Assembly (NCBI GenBank): GCA_022750205.1
Contig: JAKIWD010000003.1
Location: 1-41,598 of the forward strand
Direction: 5' to 3'
Origin: Thermoplasmata archaeon
Lineage (GTDB): Archaea > Thermoplasmatota > Thermoplasmata > Lutacidiplasmatales > UBA184
DNA: 41,598 nucleotides
Position numbers and translations under genes: made by a program. This document shows, in pieces, positions 33,710 to 41,598 of this stretch (position 1 is the first letter of the stretch; the number at the start of each line of letters is the position of its first letter). The notes beneath the pieces are model-generated. The model was not told the origin of the DNA and did not search any database. It saw only the letters and a program-made list of their open reading frames with translations.

Positions 33710-35002
33710 TCAGTTGCGGCGCCGGCGGGAGGACCCCCCGTATCGGGGACCCCCCCCGCGGCCCGCCGGACGCGACGGGGGACGACGGGAGTAGCCGTGT
33801 CCGTAACCTCCCGAGGCGCGGCCGGAGGGTGCGGGCGGCGAAGGGGCATCGTAGTCGAAGCCGGGAATGCGCGCGCGATCGATGGTGAATCCGAGGAGCC
33901 GTTCGATCTGGCTCCAGTCGTCCTCCTCCTCGTGACCGAGGAGCGTGAGGGCGTCCCCCTGGCGCTGGGCCCGGGCCGTGCGGCCGACGCGGTGAATGTA
34001 CACCTCGGCTTCGTGGGGCACATCGAGGTTGATGACGTGACTGACGCCTTCGACGTCGATGCCCCGGGCCGCGATGTCGGTGGCCACGAGGACCCGGTGA
34101 TGCCCCTCCCGGAACCCCTCGAGGGCCCGGACGCGCTGGGCTTGGCTGCGGTCCCCATGGATCGCCGTCGCGGAGAGCCCGGCGTGGCTGAGCTCTCGGG
34201 CCACGCGGTCCGCCCGCCGCTTGGTCCGTGCGAAGACCAGGACGCTCGTCATGGTTTCGTCGCGCAGCAGCTCGATCAGCAACGCCACCTTGCGGTGCGA
34301 CGCGACAGGGAGCGCCAGATGATGGACCCCGATCGCGGCGGCCGTGGTGGAGCCGACCTGAACGGTCTTGGGGTCATGCAGGAAATCGCGGGAGAGGCGA
34401 ACGACCTCGACCGGCATCGTGGCGGAGAAGAGCATCGTCTGGCGCTGACGAGGCAGTGCGCTCAGGATGCGACGGACGTCGGGGAGAAAGCCCATGTCGA
34501 GCATCCGATCGGCCTCGTCCAGCACCAGGATCCGCAGGTGCGAGAAGTCGACGTACCCGCGGCTCATGTGGTCGAGGAGGCGCCCGGGTGTGGCGATGAT
34601 GATCTCGACGCCGTGCCGCAGCGCCTTCTCCTGATCCCCCATGCCGACGCCGCCGTAGACGGCCGCCGCCCGCAATCGGGTGTGCCGGCCGAGCTGGCGG
34701 ACGAAACCCTCGGCCTGGAGCGCGAGCTCGCGGGTCGGGGTGAGCACCAGCGCCAGGAGCCGCCCGCCGGGCACGGCCATGAGCCGCTCCAGGATCGGCA
34801 GCAGGAACGCCGCCGTCTTCCCCGTACCGGTCTGCGCCGTACCCACCATGTCCCGGCCGCCGACGGCGTCGGGGATCGCCGCGACTTGGATCGGCGTGGG
34901 AGAGATGTATCCGAGGTCGCGGATACCGCGGCGCAGCTCTGAGCTGAGTGGGAGTTCGTCGAAAGTTCGGTCTCGCGCTTTGGCTTTCTCGGGCTCGGTC
35001 AC
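33710..35002 (-). CDS. DEAD-box RNA helicase (RhlE-like)
   Basis: Q motif GYISPTPIQ, AQTGTGKT, PTRELA, TPGRLLD, DEAD, SAT, ATDIAARGID and HRVGRTAR, with a basic Gly/Arg-rich tail. Confidence 0.96.
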   Translation of the reverse strand: MTEPEKAKARDRTFDELPLSSELRRGIRDLGYISPTPIQVAAIPDAVGGRDMVGTAQTGTGKTAAFLLPILERLMAVPGGRLLALVLTPTRELALQAEGFVRQLGRHTRLRAAAVYGGVGMGDQEKALRHGVEIIIATPGRLLDHMSRGYVDFSHLRILVLDEADRMLDMGFLPDVRRILSALPRQRQTMLFSATMPVEVVRLSRDFLHDPKTVQVGSTTAAAIGVHHLALPVASHRKVALLIELLRDETMTSVLVFARTKRRADRVARELSHAGLSATAIHGDRSQAQRVRALEGFREGHHRVLVATDIAARGIDVEGVSHVINLDVPHEAEVYIHRVGRTARAQRQGDALTLLGHEEEDDWSQIERLLGFTIDRARIPGFDYDAPSPPAPSGRASGGYGHGYSRRPPSRPAGRGGGPRYGGSSRRRRN

Positions 35003-35180
35003 AGGGAAATCGGTCTAACGCCGGCTTCCCCGGGGGACCTTAACTTCTGCGGCCGCCGGGTGACACGGGGACACGGGGCGCCAGTCGGACCCGAGGGGCG
35101 ATGAGCGACCGGGTGCGCGGATCTCCTCGGTCTCGGGCGGGCACAACGCTCATGCACCACATTTCGGTGCCTCGGATCGA

Positions 35181-35489
35181 ATGCCGATCGACCGGCCCGA
35201 GTTCGACGCGGGCGAAAAGCGTCACCCGGTCCAGCGGCAGATCGAGGAATTCCTGGCGGACCACCCGACGATGGCGTTCTCCGCGGAGGAGATCGCCGTC
35301 GCCATCGGGCATCCGGCTGGATCACCGATCGGCGGCGCGAACGAGGTGGTGTCGGCCAGTCACCTTGTCCTTCGACTTGCGTTCATTTCGGAATTGGACT
35401 GGATGGCCCTCGAGGGCAAGATCGAGCGCCGCGTGGTCCGCACCCCCTCGGGGCACCTGACGTTCTACGCACCGAGGTCGGTTTCGTAG
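35181..35489 (+). CDS. Small hypothetical protein, probable winged-helix fold
   Basis: IEEFLADHPTMAFSAEEIAVAIG...LDWMALEGKIERRVV...LTFYA follows a wHTH helix-and-wing pattern. Confidence 0.6.
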   Translation: MPIDRPEFDAGEKRHPVQRQIEEFLADHPTMAFSAEEIAVAIGHPAGSPIGGANEVVSASHLVLRLAFISELDWMALEGKIERRVVRTPSGHLTFYAPRSVS

Positions 35490-35555
35490 GTGACCGCCCG
35501 TCCGTCGGGACAGTAGCGCCGTCAGCGCTTTAGCGGCCGGGGACTCGCAGGACGT

Positions 35556-35894
35556 ATGCTGCATTTCGGGGACGTAGCCATCGTGGTCGCGGACGCGAAG
35601 AAGGCGCACCGCTGGTACACCCAGAAGCTCGGGTTCACCTCCGGTGACCGAGAGGGACACTGGGTCACCGTCATGCCCCCGCGGTCAAAAGTCGTGTTGC
35701 ACCTGTGCGAGATGGACAAGCTCGAGCCCGGCAACACCGGTATCGGGTTCACCGTGCGTGACGTGCCGGCGACGGAAAAGGAACTCCGCCGAAAGGGCGT
35801 CAAGTTCACGCGCAAGAGCACGAAGACCGAGTGGGGCACTTACGCGATGTTCCGGGACCCCGACGGCAATGAGTTCTGGCTGACCGAGGGGTAA
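35556..35894 (+). CDS. VOC/glyoxalase-family protein
   Basis: VAIVVADAKKAHRWYTQKLGF and TEWGTYAMFRDPDGNEFWL. Confidence 0.92.
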   Translation: MLHFGDVAIVVADAKKAHRWYTQKLGFTSGDREGHWVTVMPPRSKVVLHLCEMDKLEPGNTGIGFTVRDVPATEKELRRKGVKFTRKSTKTEWGTYAMFRDPDGNEFWLTEG

Positions 35895-36070
35895 GGGCTA
35901 GATCGACCCTCGAACTCGGGGTCAAACCAACGGGGCGGGCGGCGGAACCGGAATTGCCTTGGGCCGCGGGCGCCCGAGGCGGACGAGCCGTGCCGGATCG
36001 GTCCGAAGGACTCCGCCCGATCCCGCTCAGCACGAAGATCGGCGGAACTCTCGCGGGCCGATCAGCCGGC

Positions 36071-36856
36071 CTAGCGTCCCGGTGGTCGTGAGACGATCGA
36101 ACCGGCTCGGTGAACGCTAGGGGGGACGGGGATATCCGCGGTCAGCCGCTCCCGTCGACGTGGGGCCGGCGGCCCGCTCGAGCTTGGACGGGGAGGAGAG
36201 CCAGGGTGAAGCATCCCCGAGGCCCGAATGACCTGATCGACAAAGGCGGGCTCGGCGAGGGCGCCTTCGAACTGGACCGAGCCGTCGTTGACCACGACCG
36301 TGGGGAGCGACTCGACCTTGAAGCGGTCCGCGAGCTCCGGGAATTCGACGACCGACACCATCTCGGCCTCCACGAGCGGCGAGGCGAACGCCAGCTGGTG
36401 CGCGAGCCGGACCGTCCTCGGCGAGTACGGGCAATCGGCGCTGGCGAAGACCTGGATGTTCAGGGGGCCCCGCAGCGCCCCGAGCTGGTGGAGCGTGGAC
36501 GGGAGGAGCTGACTGGTCCGCGACGCGGATTCGGCGAGGTCCTCGAGGAGGACGTCGAACTGGTGACCCAGCGGGACCCCGCGGAACCGGACGCGTCCCG
36601 TGCCGTCCCCGCTGGGGACGACGGAAGGGATCGCCGTGACCCCGAAGCGTCGCGCGGTGGCCCGTTCCGATTGGAAATCGTGTACGGTCAGCGCGGTCCG
36701 CCCCTCCAGCGAGACCAGCTCCTCGCAAAGTTCTCGGGCGAGGCGGCACGTATCCCATTCGAGCGGCTGAATGAACAGGTGCAGTTCCGGGCCCCGAGGC
36801 TGGCGTCCCAATGTCGCGCGAACCGTCGTTCGCTCCGCTTGGGTCAGGACACGCAT
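36071..36856 (-). CDS. Two-domain thioredoxin-fold protein (archaeal PDO / AhpF N-terminal-like) with degenerate CXXC motifs
   Basis: FGVTAIPS, VRFRGVPLGHQF, IQVFASADCPYSP, EFPELADRFKVESLPTVVVN and FEGALAE. The two active-site positions read WDTC and CPYS. ATG at 36856. Confidence 0.85.
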   Translation of the reverse strand: MRVLTQAERTTVRATLGRQPRGPELHLFIQPLEWDTCRLARELCEELVSLEGRTALTVHDFQSERATARRFGVTAIPSVVPSGDGTGRVRFRGVPLGHQFDVLLEDLAESASRTSQLLPSTLHQLGALRGPLNIQVFASADCPYSPRTVRLAHQLAFASPLVEAEMVSVVEFPELADRFKVESLPTVVVNDGSVQFEGALAEPAFVDQVIRASGMLHPGSPPRPSSSGPPAPRRRERLTADIPVPPSVHRAGSIVSRPPGR

Positions 36857-37045
36857 CGCGTTCGCCGGCCCATCAGGCACGTCCGTCGGGCCGGTGGGCC
36901 AGAATAGGGAGCACTGGAGGTAAACCTTCCTTGCCTCGGCGGCCACTTCGTCCTTCTTTGGTCTCGCGCCACCACAGGCCAGCGGAGACCGGACCGTGGC
37001 GCGCGGTGAAAGGGCACGTCGGAGCCCCCCGACGGGGGCCGCGTC

Positions 37046-37498
37046 TCACTTCTTGACGGTGAACTGGACCTCGGTATGGGCCCAGGCTTTCGGATCCTTC
37101 CACGGGTTCCCCGGGTAGACCTCTCGACTCGCCCCGACGATCCGGATATCGCCGTCCTTGCGGCGCCAGCGCAGCCAATCGTTGAGCCCGTGGTACACCA
37201 CACGGGGAGAGACCACTTCGGGGTCGAACGTCACGGACGCGACCCTGCCGGCGGGAAGTGTCCGAACGCGCACACGCCGATCGCCGCGCACCTTGCCGGC
37301 CACTTCGACGGCCACGGTCCACTTCTTGTCACCGGGCTCCATGAATATCCAGTGGGAGGAGCGCAACTGGTGCGACGTCGCCCACGCCGCGAGGTTCTCG
37401 AACTCCTTGCGGATCCGGCTGTCGTTCCACGGTCCCTTCCACGAGTACGAGATCACGCGATACGACGGTACCTTTCGGAAGACAAAATCTACGGTCAT
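37046..37498 (-). CDS. GyrI-like small-molecule-binding domain protein
   Basis: WKGPW, VRTLPAGRVAS, VYHGLNDWL, REVYPGNP and TEVQFTV. ATG at 37498. Confidence 0.82.
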   Translation of the reverse strand: MTVDFVFRKVPSYRVISYSWKGPWNDSRIRKEFENLAAWATSHQLRSSHWIFMEPGDKKWTVAVEVAGKVRGDRRVRVRTLPAGRVASVTFDPEVVSPRVVYHGLNDWLRWRRKDGDIRIVGASREVYPGNPWKDPKAWAHTEVQFTVKK

Positions 37499-37611
37499 GG
37501 TTCTCTGGCAGGTCAAGCAACCCAAGCGACGAGACTACATCACTGCGCTTCCGAGAGTCGACCGCGCCGCGGCGCCGCTCCGCTTATGCCGATGCGCCGC
37601 TCGGTGCGGCC

Positions 37612-38385
37612 ATGTCGGTGCGCCGGCCTAGACCACGCTGGCACGACTGGGTGGAACGCTGGGACCGCCAGCAGACCGCGTACATCCCCCACCGGGAACA
37701 GCGATTCGAGACGATGTGCGATATCGTCGCGGCGCTCGGCCCGAAGGACCCGAAGGTACTCGACCTGGCCTGCGGACCCGGTTCGATCAGCCGACGCGTG
37801 CTGGATCGCTTCCCCCGCGGTCGCTCGGTCGCCGTCGATTTCGACCCGGTGCTGCTCGAGCTCGGGCGACGAACGCTTAAGCGATTCGGCGAGCGGATCC
37901 GATGGGTCGAGGCCGACCTGCGGGACGCCACGTGGACCAACCGACTTACCTCGCGCCGGTTTGACGCGGTACTCAGCACGACGGCCCTCCACTGGCTCAC
38001 TCCGGCGGAACTGACCCGGACCTACCGCCAACTCCGCACGCTTCTCCGGCGGGGCGGCGTCGTCATGAACGGCGACAGCATGGCGTTCGAGCGGCGGATG
38101 TTGGCGTTCCGGCAGCTCGCCCGTGACGTCAATCACACCCGAACCCGGGCGGCCCGCATCGAGACCAACGCCGAGGACTGGGACACGTGGTGGCGCCGGC
38201 TGCGCGCGGAACCGACCCTCGCCCCGCTCTTCGCGCTCCGGGATGAGCGCTTTCCGAAGGAGCACCACACCGAGCACGATCTCTTGGAAGGCTTCCACGA
38301 GACCGCGCTCAAGGAAGCGGGCTTCCGTGAGGTCGGCGTGATCTGGCAGGACATCGACAATCGGATCCTGCTCGGCATCGCCTGA
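37612..38385 (+). CDS. Class I SAM-dependent methyltransferase
   Basis: WDRQQTAYIPHREQRF, VLDLACGPGS, AVDFDPVLL and FDAVLSTTALHWL. Confidence 0.92.
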   Translation: MSVRRPRPRWHDWVERWDRQQTAYIPHREQRFETMCDIVAALGPKDPKVLDLACGPGSISRRVLDRFPRGRSVAVDFDPVLLELGRRTLKRFGERIRWVEADLRDATWTNRLTSRRFDAVLSTTALHWLTPAELTRTYRQLRTLLRRGGVVMNGDSMAFERRMLAFRQLARDVNHTRTRAARIETNAEDWDTWWRRLRAEPTLAPLFALRDERFPKEHHTEHDLLEGFHETALKEAGFREVGVIWQDIDNRILLGIA

Positions 38386-38442
38386 GGCGGTCCGGTGGCG
38401 GCCCCGCAACCCTCAATCCCCAAATCTCGTTGGGGGTGAATC

Positions 38443-39426
38443 ATGGACGTGGGAGCATCCCCCGGGGGCGGATCGGCCGGTTCGCGCGGCGTCGTCGGGT
38501 TCGTTGGGCTCGGGATGATGGGCAGCCGGGTCGCGGGCACGTTGCTCGCCAAGGGTGTTCCGCTGATCGTGCACAATCGGGACAGGACCAAGGCCGAACC
38601 CCTCCTCGCGAGAGGAGCGATCTGGGCAAACCGGCCCGGGCAGGTTGGTCGCGGCGCGTCGGCCGGGGTGGTCTTCCTCATGCTCACGGACGGTCGCGCG
38701 GTGGCGCGCGTGCTCTTCGGGCGAGGGGGCCTGGCCGCCGGACTGGCCGAGGGGTCCTCGATCGTCGACCTCTCCACGATCGCGCCCGAGGAGAGTCGGA
38801 AATTCGCTACCCGCCTCGGGAAGCGCGGCGTCGCCTACCTGGATGCGCCCGTGGGCGGGAGCATCGGACCCGCCGAGCGGGGGGAGCTGGTGATCTTCGC
38901 CGGCGGCGACACCGTCCCCCTCGACCGGGTGCAGCCCCTCCTGGAAAAGATCTCGCGACGGGTCGAACGGATGGGGCCGGTCGGAAGCGGGACGAGCATG
39001 AAGCTCGTCAACAATCTGCTGACCGTCGGTACCATCGGCCTGGTGAGCGAGGCCGTATCGCTCGGCGAGGCGTTCGGTCTCGATCGTTCGCGTCTGATCT
39101 CGCTCCTCCGCGTAGGCGGCGGGGCGAGCGCTATGCTGGAGGCAAAGCACGCGAACCTCGAGACGAGGACGTACCCACCTGCCTTCCTGTTGCCCCACGC
39201 GCGCAAGGATCTCAAGCTCGTCGAGCGAGCGGCCCGGCGCGCTGGACGACCCGCGGGGCTGGCCCGGGAGGCCCGTCGGATGTACGATGAGGCCTTGGCG
39301 CTGGGGCACGAGCGGGAGGACTTCTCGAGCGTGTTCGAAGCCGCGCGGCTGAGATCGGCCCCTGCGCGCCGACCCCGCTCCTCCCCCGTCTCTCCAGACG
39401 GGAGCGGCACCCCGGCACCCGGCTGA
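38443..39426 (+). CDS. Beta-hydroxyacid dehydrogenase (3-hydroxyisobutyrate dehydrogenase family)
   Basis: GFVGLGMMG, HNRDRTK, VDLSTIAP, DAPVGG, catalytic-Lys motif MKLVNN and KDLKL. An SD-like GGGGTGA lies just upstream. Confidence 0.92.
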   Translation: MDVGASPGGGSAGSRGVVGFVGLGMMGSRVAGTLLAKGVPLIVHNRDRTKAEPLLARGAIWANRPGQVGRGASAGVVFLMLTDGRAVARVLFGRGGLAAGLAEGSSIVDLSTIAPEESRKFATRLGKRGVAYLDAPVGGSIGPAERGELVIFAGGDTVPLDRVQPLLEKISRRVERMGPVGSGTSMKLVNNLLTVGTIGLVSEAVSLGEAFGLDRSRLISLLRVGGGASAMLEAKHANLETRTYPPAFLLPHARKDLKLVERAARRAGRPAGLAREARRMYDEALALGHEREDFSSVFEAARLRSAPARRPRSSPVSPDGSGTPAPG

Positions 39427-39463
39427 TCTTCGCGCGGTCCTGCTCGGCTGTCTCGGGGCGGGG

Positions 39464-40051
39464 ATGGGAGAGCCGTTGCCCGTGCTGTCGGACCGTTCCT
39501 GCTCGCCGCGGGCGCTGAACAACCCGTTGCGACGCTGGCTGGCCCCCCCTTCCCGGGAGATCGAACTTATCGCACTGTCGGAGGGCGATCGAGTCGCCGA
39601 CCTGGGCGCGGGCGTCGGGTACTACGTGGCGGAGATACTTCGGCGCATCGGGCCCGCGGGCCGGCTCATCCTGGTCGAACCGGACGGGGAGAACTTGGCG
39701 ATCGCGACGCGCGGAGTCCGCGCGGCCGACCCACTCCTTCCCATCCTGGCCTCCGCTACCGACGTCTCCGCGGTCGGAGATGCGAGCGTGGACCGGGTCC
39801 TCCTCTCCCTCGTCCTGTGCTGCCTCGTGGACAAGGAGGGCGCCATGGACGAGGCTTGGAGGATCCTCACCCCAGGCGGCCTCGCCTTGATCACCTACCC
39901 CCGGCTCGGGCCGATCCTTCGGCGACGGCGCGCTTCGCTGCGCGTGACGCCGGATCGCTGGGCACGGCTTCTCGACCGGCGACCCTGGAAGGTCCAGGCC
40001 ACGCGTCGGGGTCGCGTGGTCCGACGCCACCTGCTGCAGAAGCCTCTCTGA
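39464..40051 (+). CDS. Class I SAM-dependent methyltransferase
   Basis: LNNPLRRWL, VADLGAGVGYY, SVDRVLLSLVL and EAWRILTPGG. Confidence 0.85.
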   Translation: MGEPLPVLSDRSCSPRALNNPLRRWLAPPSREIELIALSEGDRVADLGAGVGYYVAEILRRIGPAGRLILVEPDGENLAIATRGVRAADPLLPILASATDVSAVGDASVDRVLLSLVLCCLVDKEGAMDEAWRILTPGGLALITYPRLGPILRRRRASLRVTPDRWARLLDRRPWKVQATRRGRVVRRHLLQKPL

Positions 40052-40081
40052 CGACCTCCGCAAGGCTGCCTGATCGGCCCG

Positions 40082-41188
40082 CTATCCTGCAGTGGCTCCC
40101 CACGGAATGACGGGAGCTCTGAGCGGCGCGGACGGGTAGGCTCGCCAGAGCTTTCGGAGCAGGAGGAACGCGAGCAAGTCGGCCACGAGGACCAACGGAA
40201 CCGGGAGGCCGCCGAGGACGCCGATCGCCATGATCGGAGCGAGGAGGCCCGCCGTGAGCATTACGAACGACCGTTCCGAACCCTGAGACCCGATGTGGGA
40301 GAGCATCATCCAGACCCACGCGACGTAGTATCCCCCGAGGACCACGAAGGTCCCGGCGGCCGGAAATCTCCAGTACCCGAGGAACCCTTCGACCAAGATC
40401 GTCCCCGGGAAGAGGGCCAGACCGAGGAGAAGGAATCGCGTCGGCGTCCAGCTGGGGCGCGTCCCCGGACGGGGCCACGACGGCATCCCCACCCGGACCC
40501 CTGCGTAGACCAGGAGAGCGATTGTGGCGATCGCGCCCACGAACACCGCATCGCCCATCCAGAAGTGAGCTCCCCGAAGGATGGCGAACGCCAGTACGGT
40601 AACGTCGAGCAGTAAGAGGGACGCGGTGATCACGATCTGCCGCTCGGTGAGCAGCGGCTTTCCGCGCGTCGCGGGGATGGCGAGGCCGAGGAGGAGGATC
40701 GGTAGGGAGATGCTGAAGACGACGTGCACCATGAGTACGCCCAGCGCCCAGACCCAGCTTACGCCGAGGAAATGTCCGTAGAACCCGAGCGAACCCACCA
40801 CGCTCGCGTGGGGATTGAACAGCGTGCTGAGGGCGATCCCCTCCTCCAGGATACCATACGCCGCCCCGAGGAGGAGGAGCGTCGGCCAGCCTTTACCGCG
40901 ACGGACCATCACCTCCCGGATGAGGAGGGCCCCCGGGCCGTACAGGCCGAGGTTGGCCGCCAGGAAGAGCAAGAACACGATCGGGGACGCCACGATCAGG
41001 TCGATCGAGCTCGAACCGGAAAGGTACTCGGGGATTCCGGGGGTCAGCAGGAGGAGGCAGACGACCGGATGGCGCCGGAGGAACGCCGTCAGCCGGGCGA
41101 TCGCACTCGCTGGGTTCTCCGGCCGAGTGATCGGTGCCGCCGTAGGGGGCGAAGGGGATCGGACGAGCGCGGGTCCCAGGCTTCCCAC
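40082..41188 (-). CDS. Polytopic membrane protein of unknown function
   Basis: About nine hydrophobic segments with conserved-looking motifs LTPGIPEYLSGSS, LYGPGALLIRE, LGAAYGILEEG and HVVFSISLP. The start is uncertain. Confidence 0.8.
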   Translation of the reverse strand: MGSLGPALVRSPSPPTAAPITRPENPASAIARLTAFLRRHPVVCLLLLTPGIPEYLSGSSSIDLIVASPIVFLLFLAANLGLYGPGALLIREVMVRRGKGWPTLLLLGAAYGILEEGIALSTLFNPHASVVGSLGFYGHFLGVSWVWALGVLMVHVVFSISLPILLLGLAIPATRGKPLLTERQIVITASLLLLDVTVLAFAILRGAHFWMGDAVFVGAIATIALLVYAGVRVGMPSWPRPGTRPSWTPTRFLLLGLALFPGTILVEGFLGYWRFPAAGTFVVLGGYYVAWVWMMLSHIGSQGSERSFVMLTAGLLAPIMAIGVLGGLPVPLVLVADLLAFLLLRKLWRAYPSAPLRAPVIPWGATAG

Positions 41189-41314
41189 GGGCCCAGAATA
41201 GGTCCGGTCGGACTACATCAAGCCGCCAGAACCATTCGGCCGGCCGAGATGGTTGCCCCGGGGTGCGGGGGAGGTTAAACACCCCCCCGTCGTCTTCGGG
41301 GCGGTATCCACCCC

Positions 41315-41598
41315 ATGAGCGAGTCCACCCGAACGGTCGTGCGCGCGTTCCAAGGACGCGAGACGATGGAAGGCGCCGGGGTCAAGCTCCACCGACTTTT
41401 CGGCAATTCCCACGTACCCCTCTTCGACCCGTTCCTTCTGCTGGACAATTTCAGTTCGACCGACCCGGCGGATTACCTTCCCGGGTTCCCGTGGCATCCT
41501 CACCGGGGGATCGAAACGGTCACGTACATGCTCCAGGGCCGCGTCGCCCACGGCGACTCTCTCGGGAACGAAGGCGTCATCGACGCCGGCGACGTGCA
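41315..41598 (+). CDS. Pirin-family protein (3'-truncated; absent from the ORF track)
   Basis: Manual translation from ATG 41315: MSESTRTVVRAFQGRETMEGAGVKLHRLFGNSHVPLFDPFLLLDNF...GFPWHPHRGIETVTYMLQGRVAHGDSLGNEGVIDAGDV. It contains the pirin HPHRG-x-ETVTY motif. Confidence 0.95.
   Translation, partial: MSESTRTVVRAFQGRETMEGAGVKLHRLFGNSHVPLFDPFLLLDNFSSTDPADYLPGFPWHPHRGIETVTYMLQGRVAHGDSLGNEGVIDAGDV

Noticed and set aside
1-41598. CRISPR array, IS/transposase, integrase, provirus, rRNA/tRNA or known defence system
   Set aside because: I saw no regularly spaced DNA repeats, terminal inverted repeats, recombinase or viral motifs, or RNA-gene signatures. The repeats found are protein-domain repeats within genes. 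A short tRNA or ncRNA could be missed without a covariance-model search.

Overview
A GC-rich, gene-dense window with about 39 credible CDSs. I found no rRNA, tRNA, CRISPR array or mobile element. Three thermopsin-family surface proteases, a TrmB regulator, a TA0938-like domain, an archaeal-type two-domain protein-disulfide oxidoreductase and AT-rich TATA-like boxes about 20-30 nt before start codons point to an archaeon, most likely a high-GC Thermoplasmata (inference). Content in order: a truncated His/Cys-rich repeat protein, TrmB, an LLM oxidoreductase, a DoxX-like protein, an Amt transporter, a MarR-MFS operon with a clear palindromic operator, SRPBCC, AlkD-like and methyltransferase genes, a divergent cell-surface cluster (a 1493-aa protein with a 27-Gly linker opposite two tandem thermopsins), a two-finger C2H2 protein, an ABC exporter pair, a stand-alone GltD/SudA-like flavoprotein, an Aha1-type SRPBCC protein, a tightly coupled three-gene operon, membrane proteins, a third thermopsin, PhzF, ICMT, a DEAD-box helicase, VOC, a PDO with both CXXC motifs broken, GyrI-like, two more methyltransferases, a beta-hydroxyacid dehydrogenase and a truncated pirin. 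The best candidate for an undescribed system is the operon at 23611-26215: a small Cys protein, a Zn-finger plus heme-oxygenase-like (CADD/PqqC/TenA) enzyme, and a TA0938-like Zn domain fused to an HSL esterase. Second is the surface proteolysis cluster, whose giant protein may carry a G1 (eqolisin)-like glutamic peptidase domain. All family calls come from motif recognition by eye; no searches were run.
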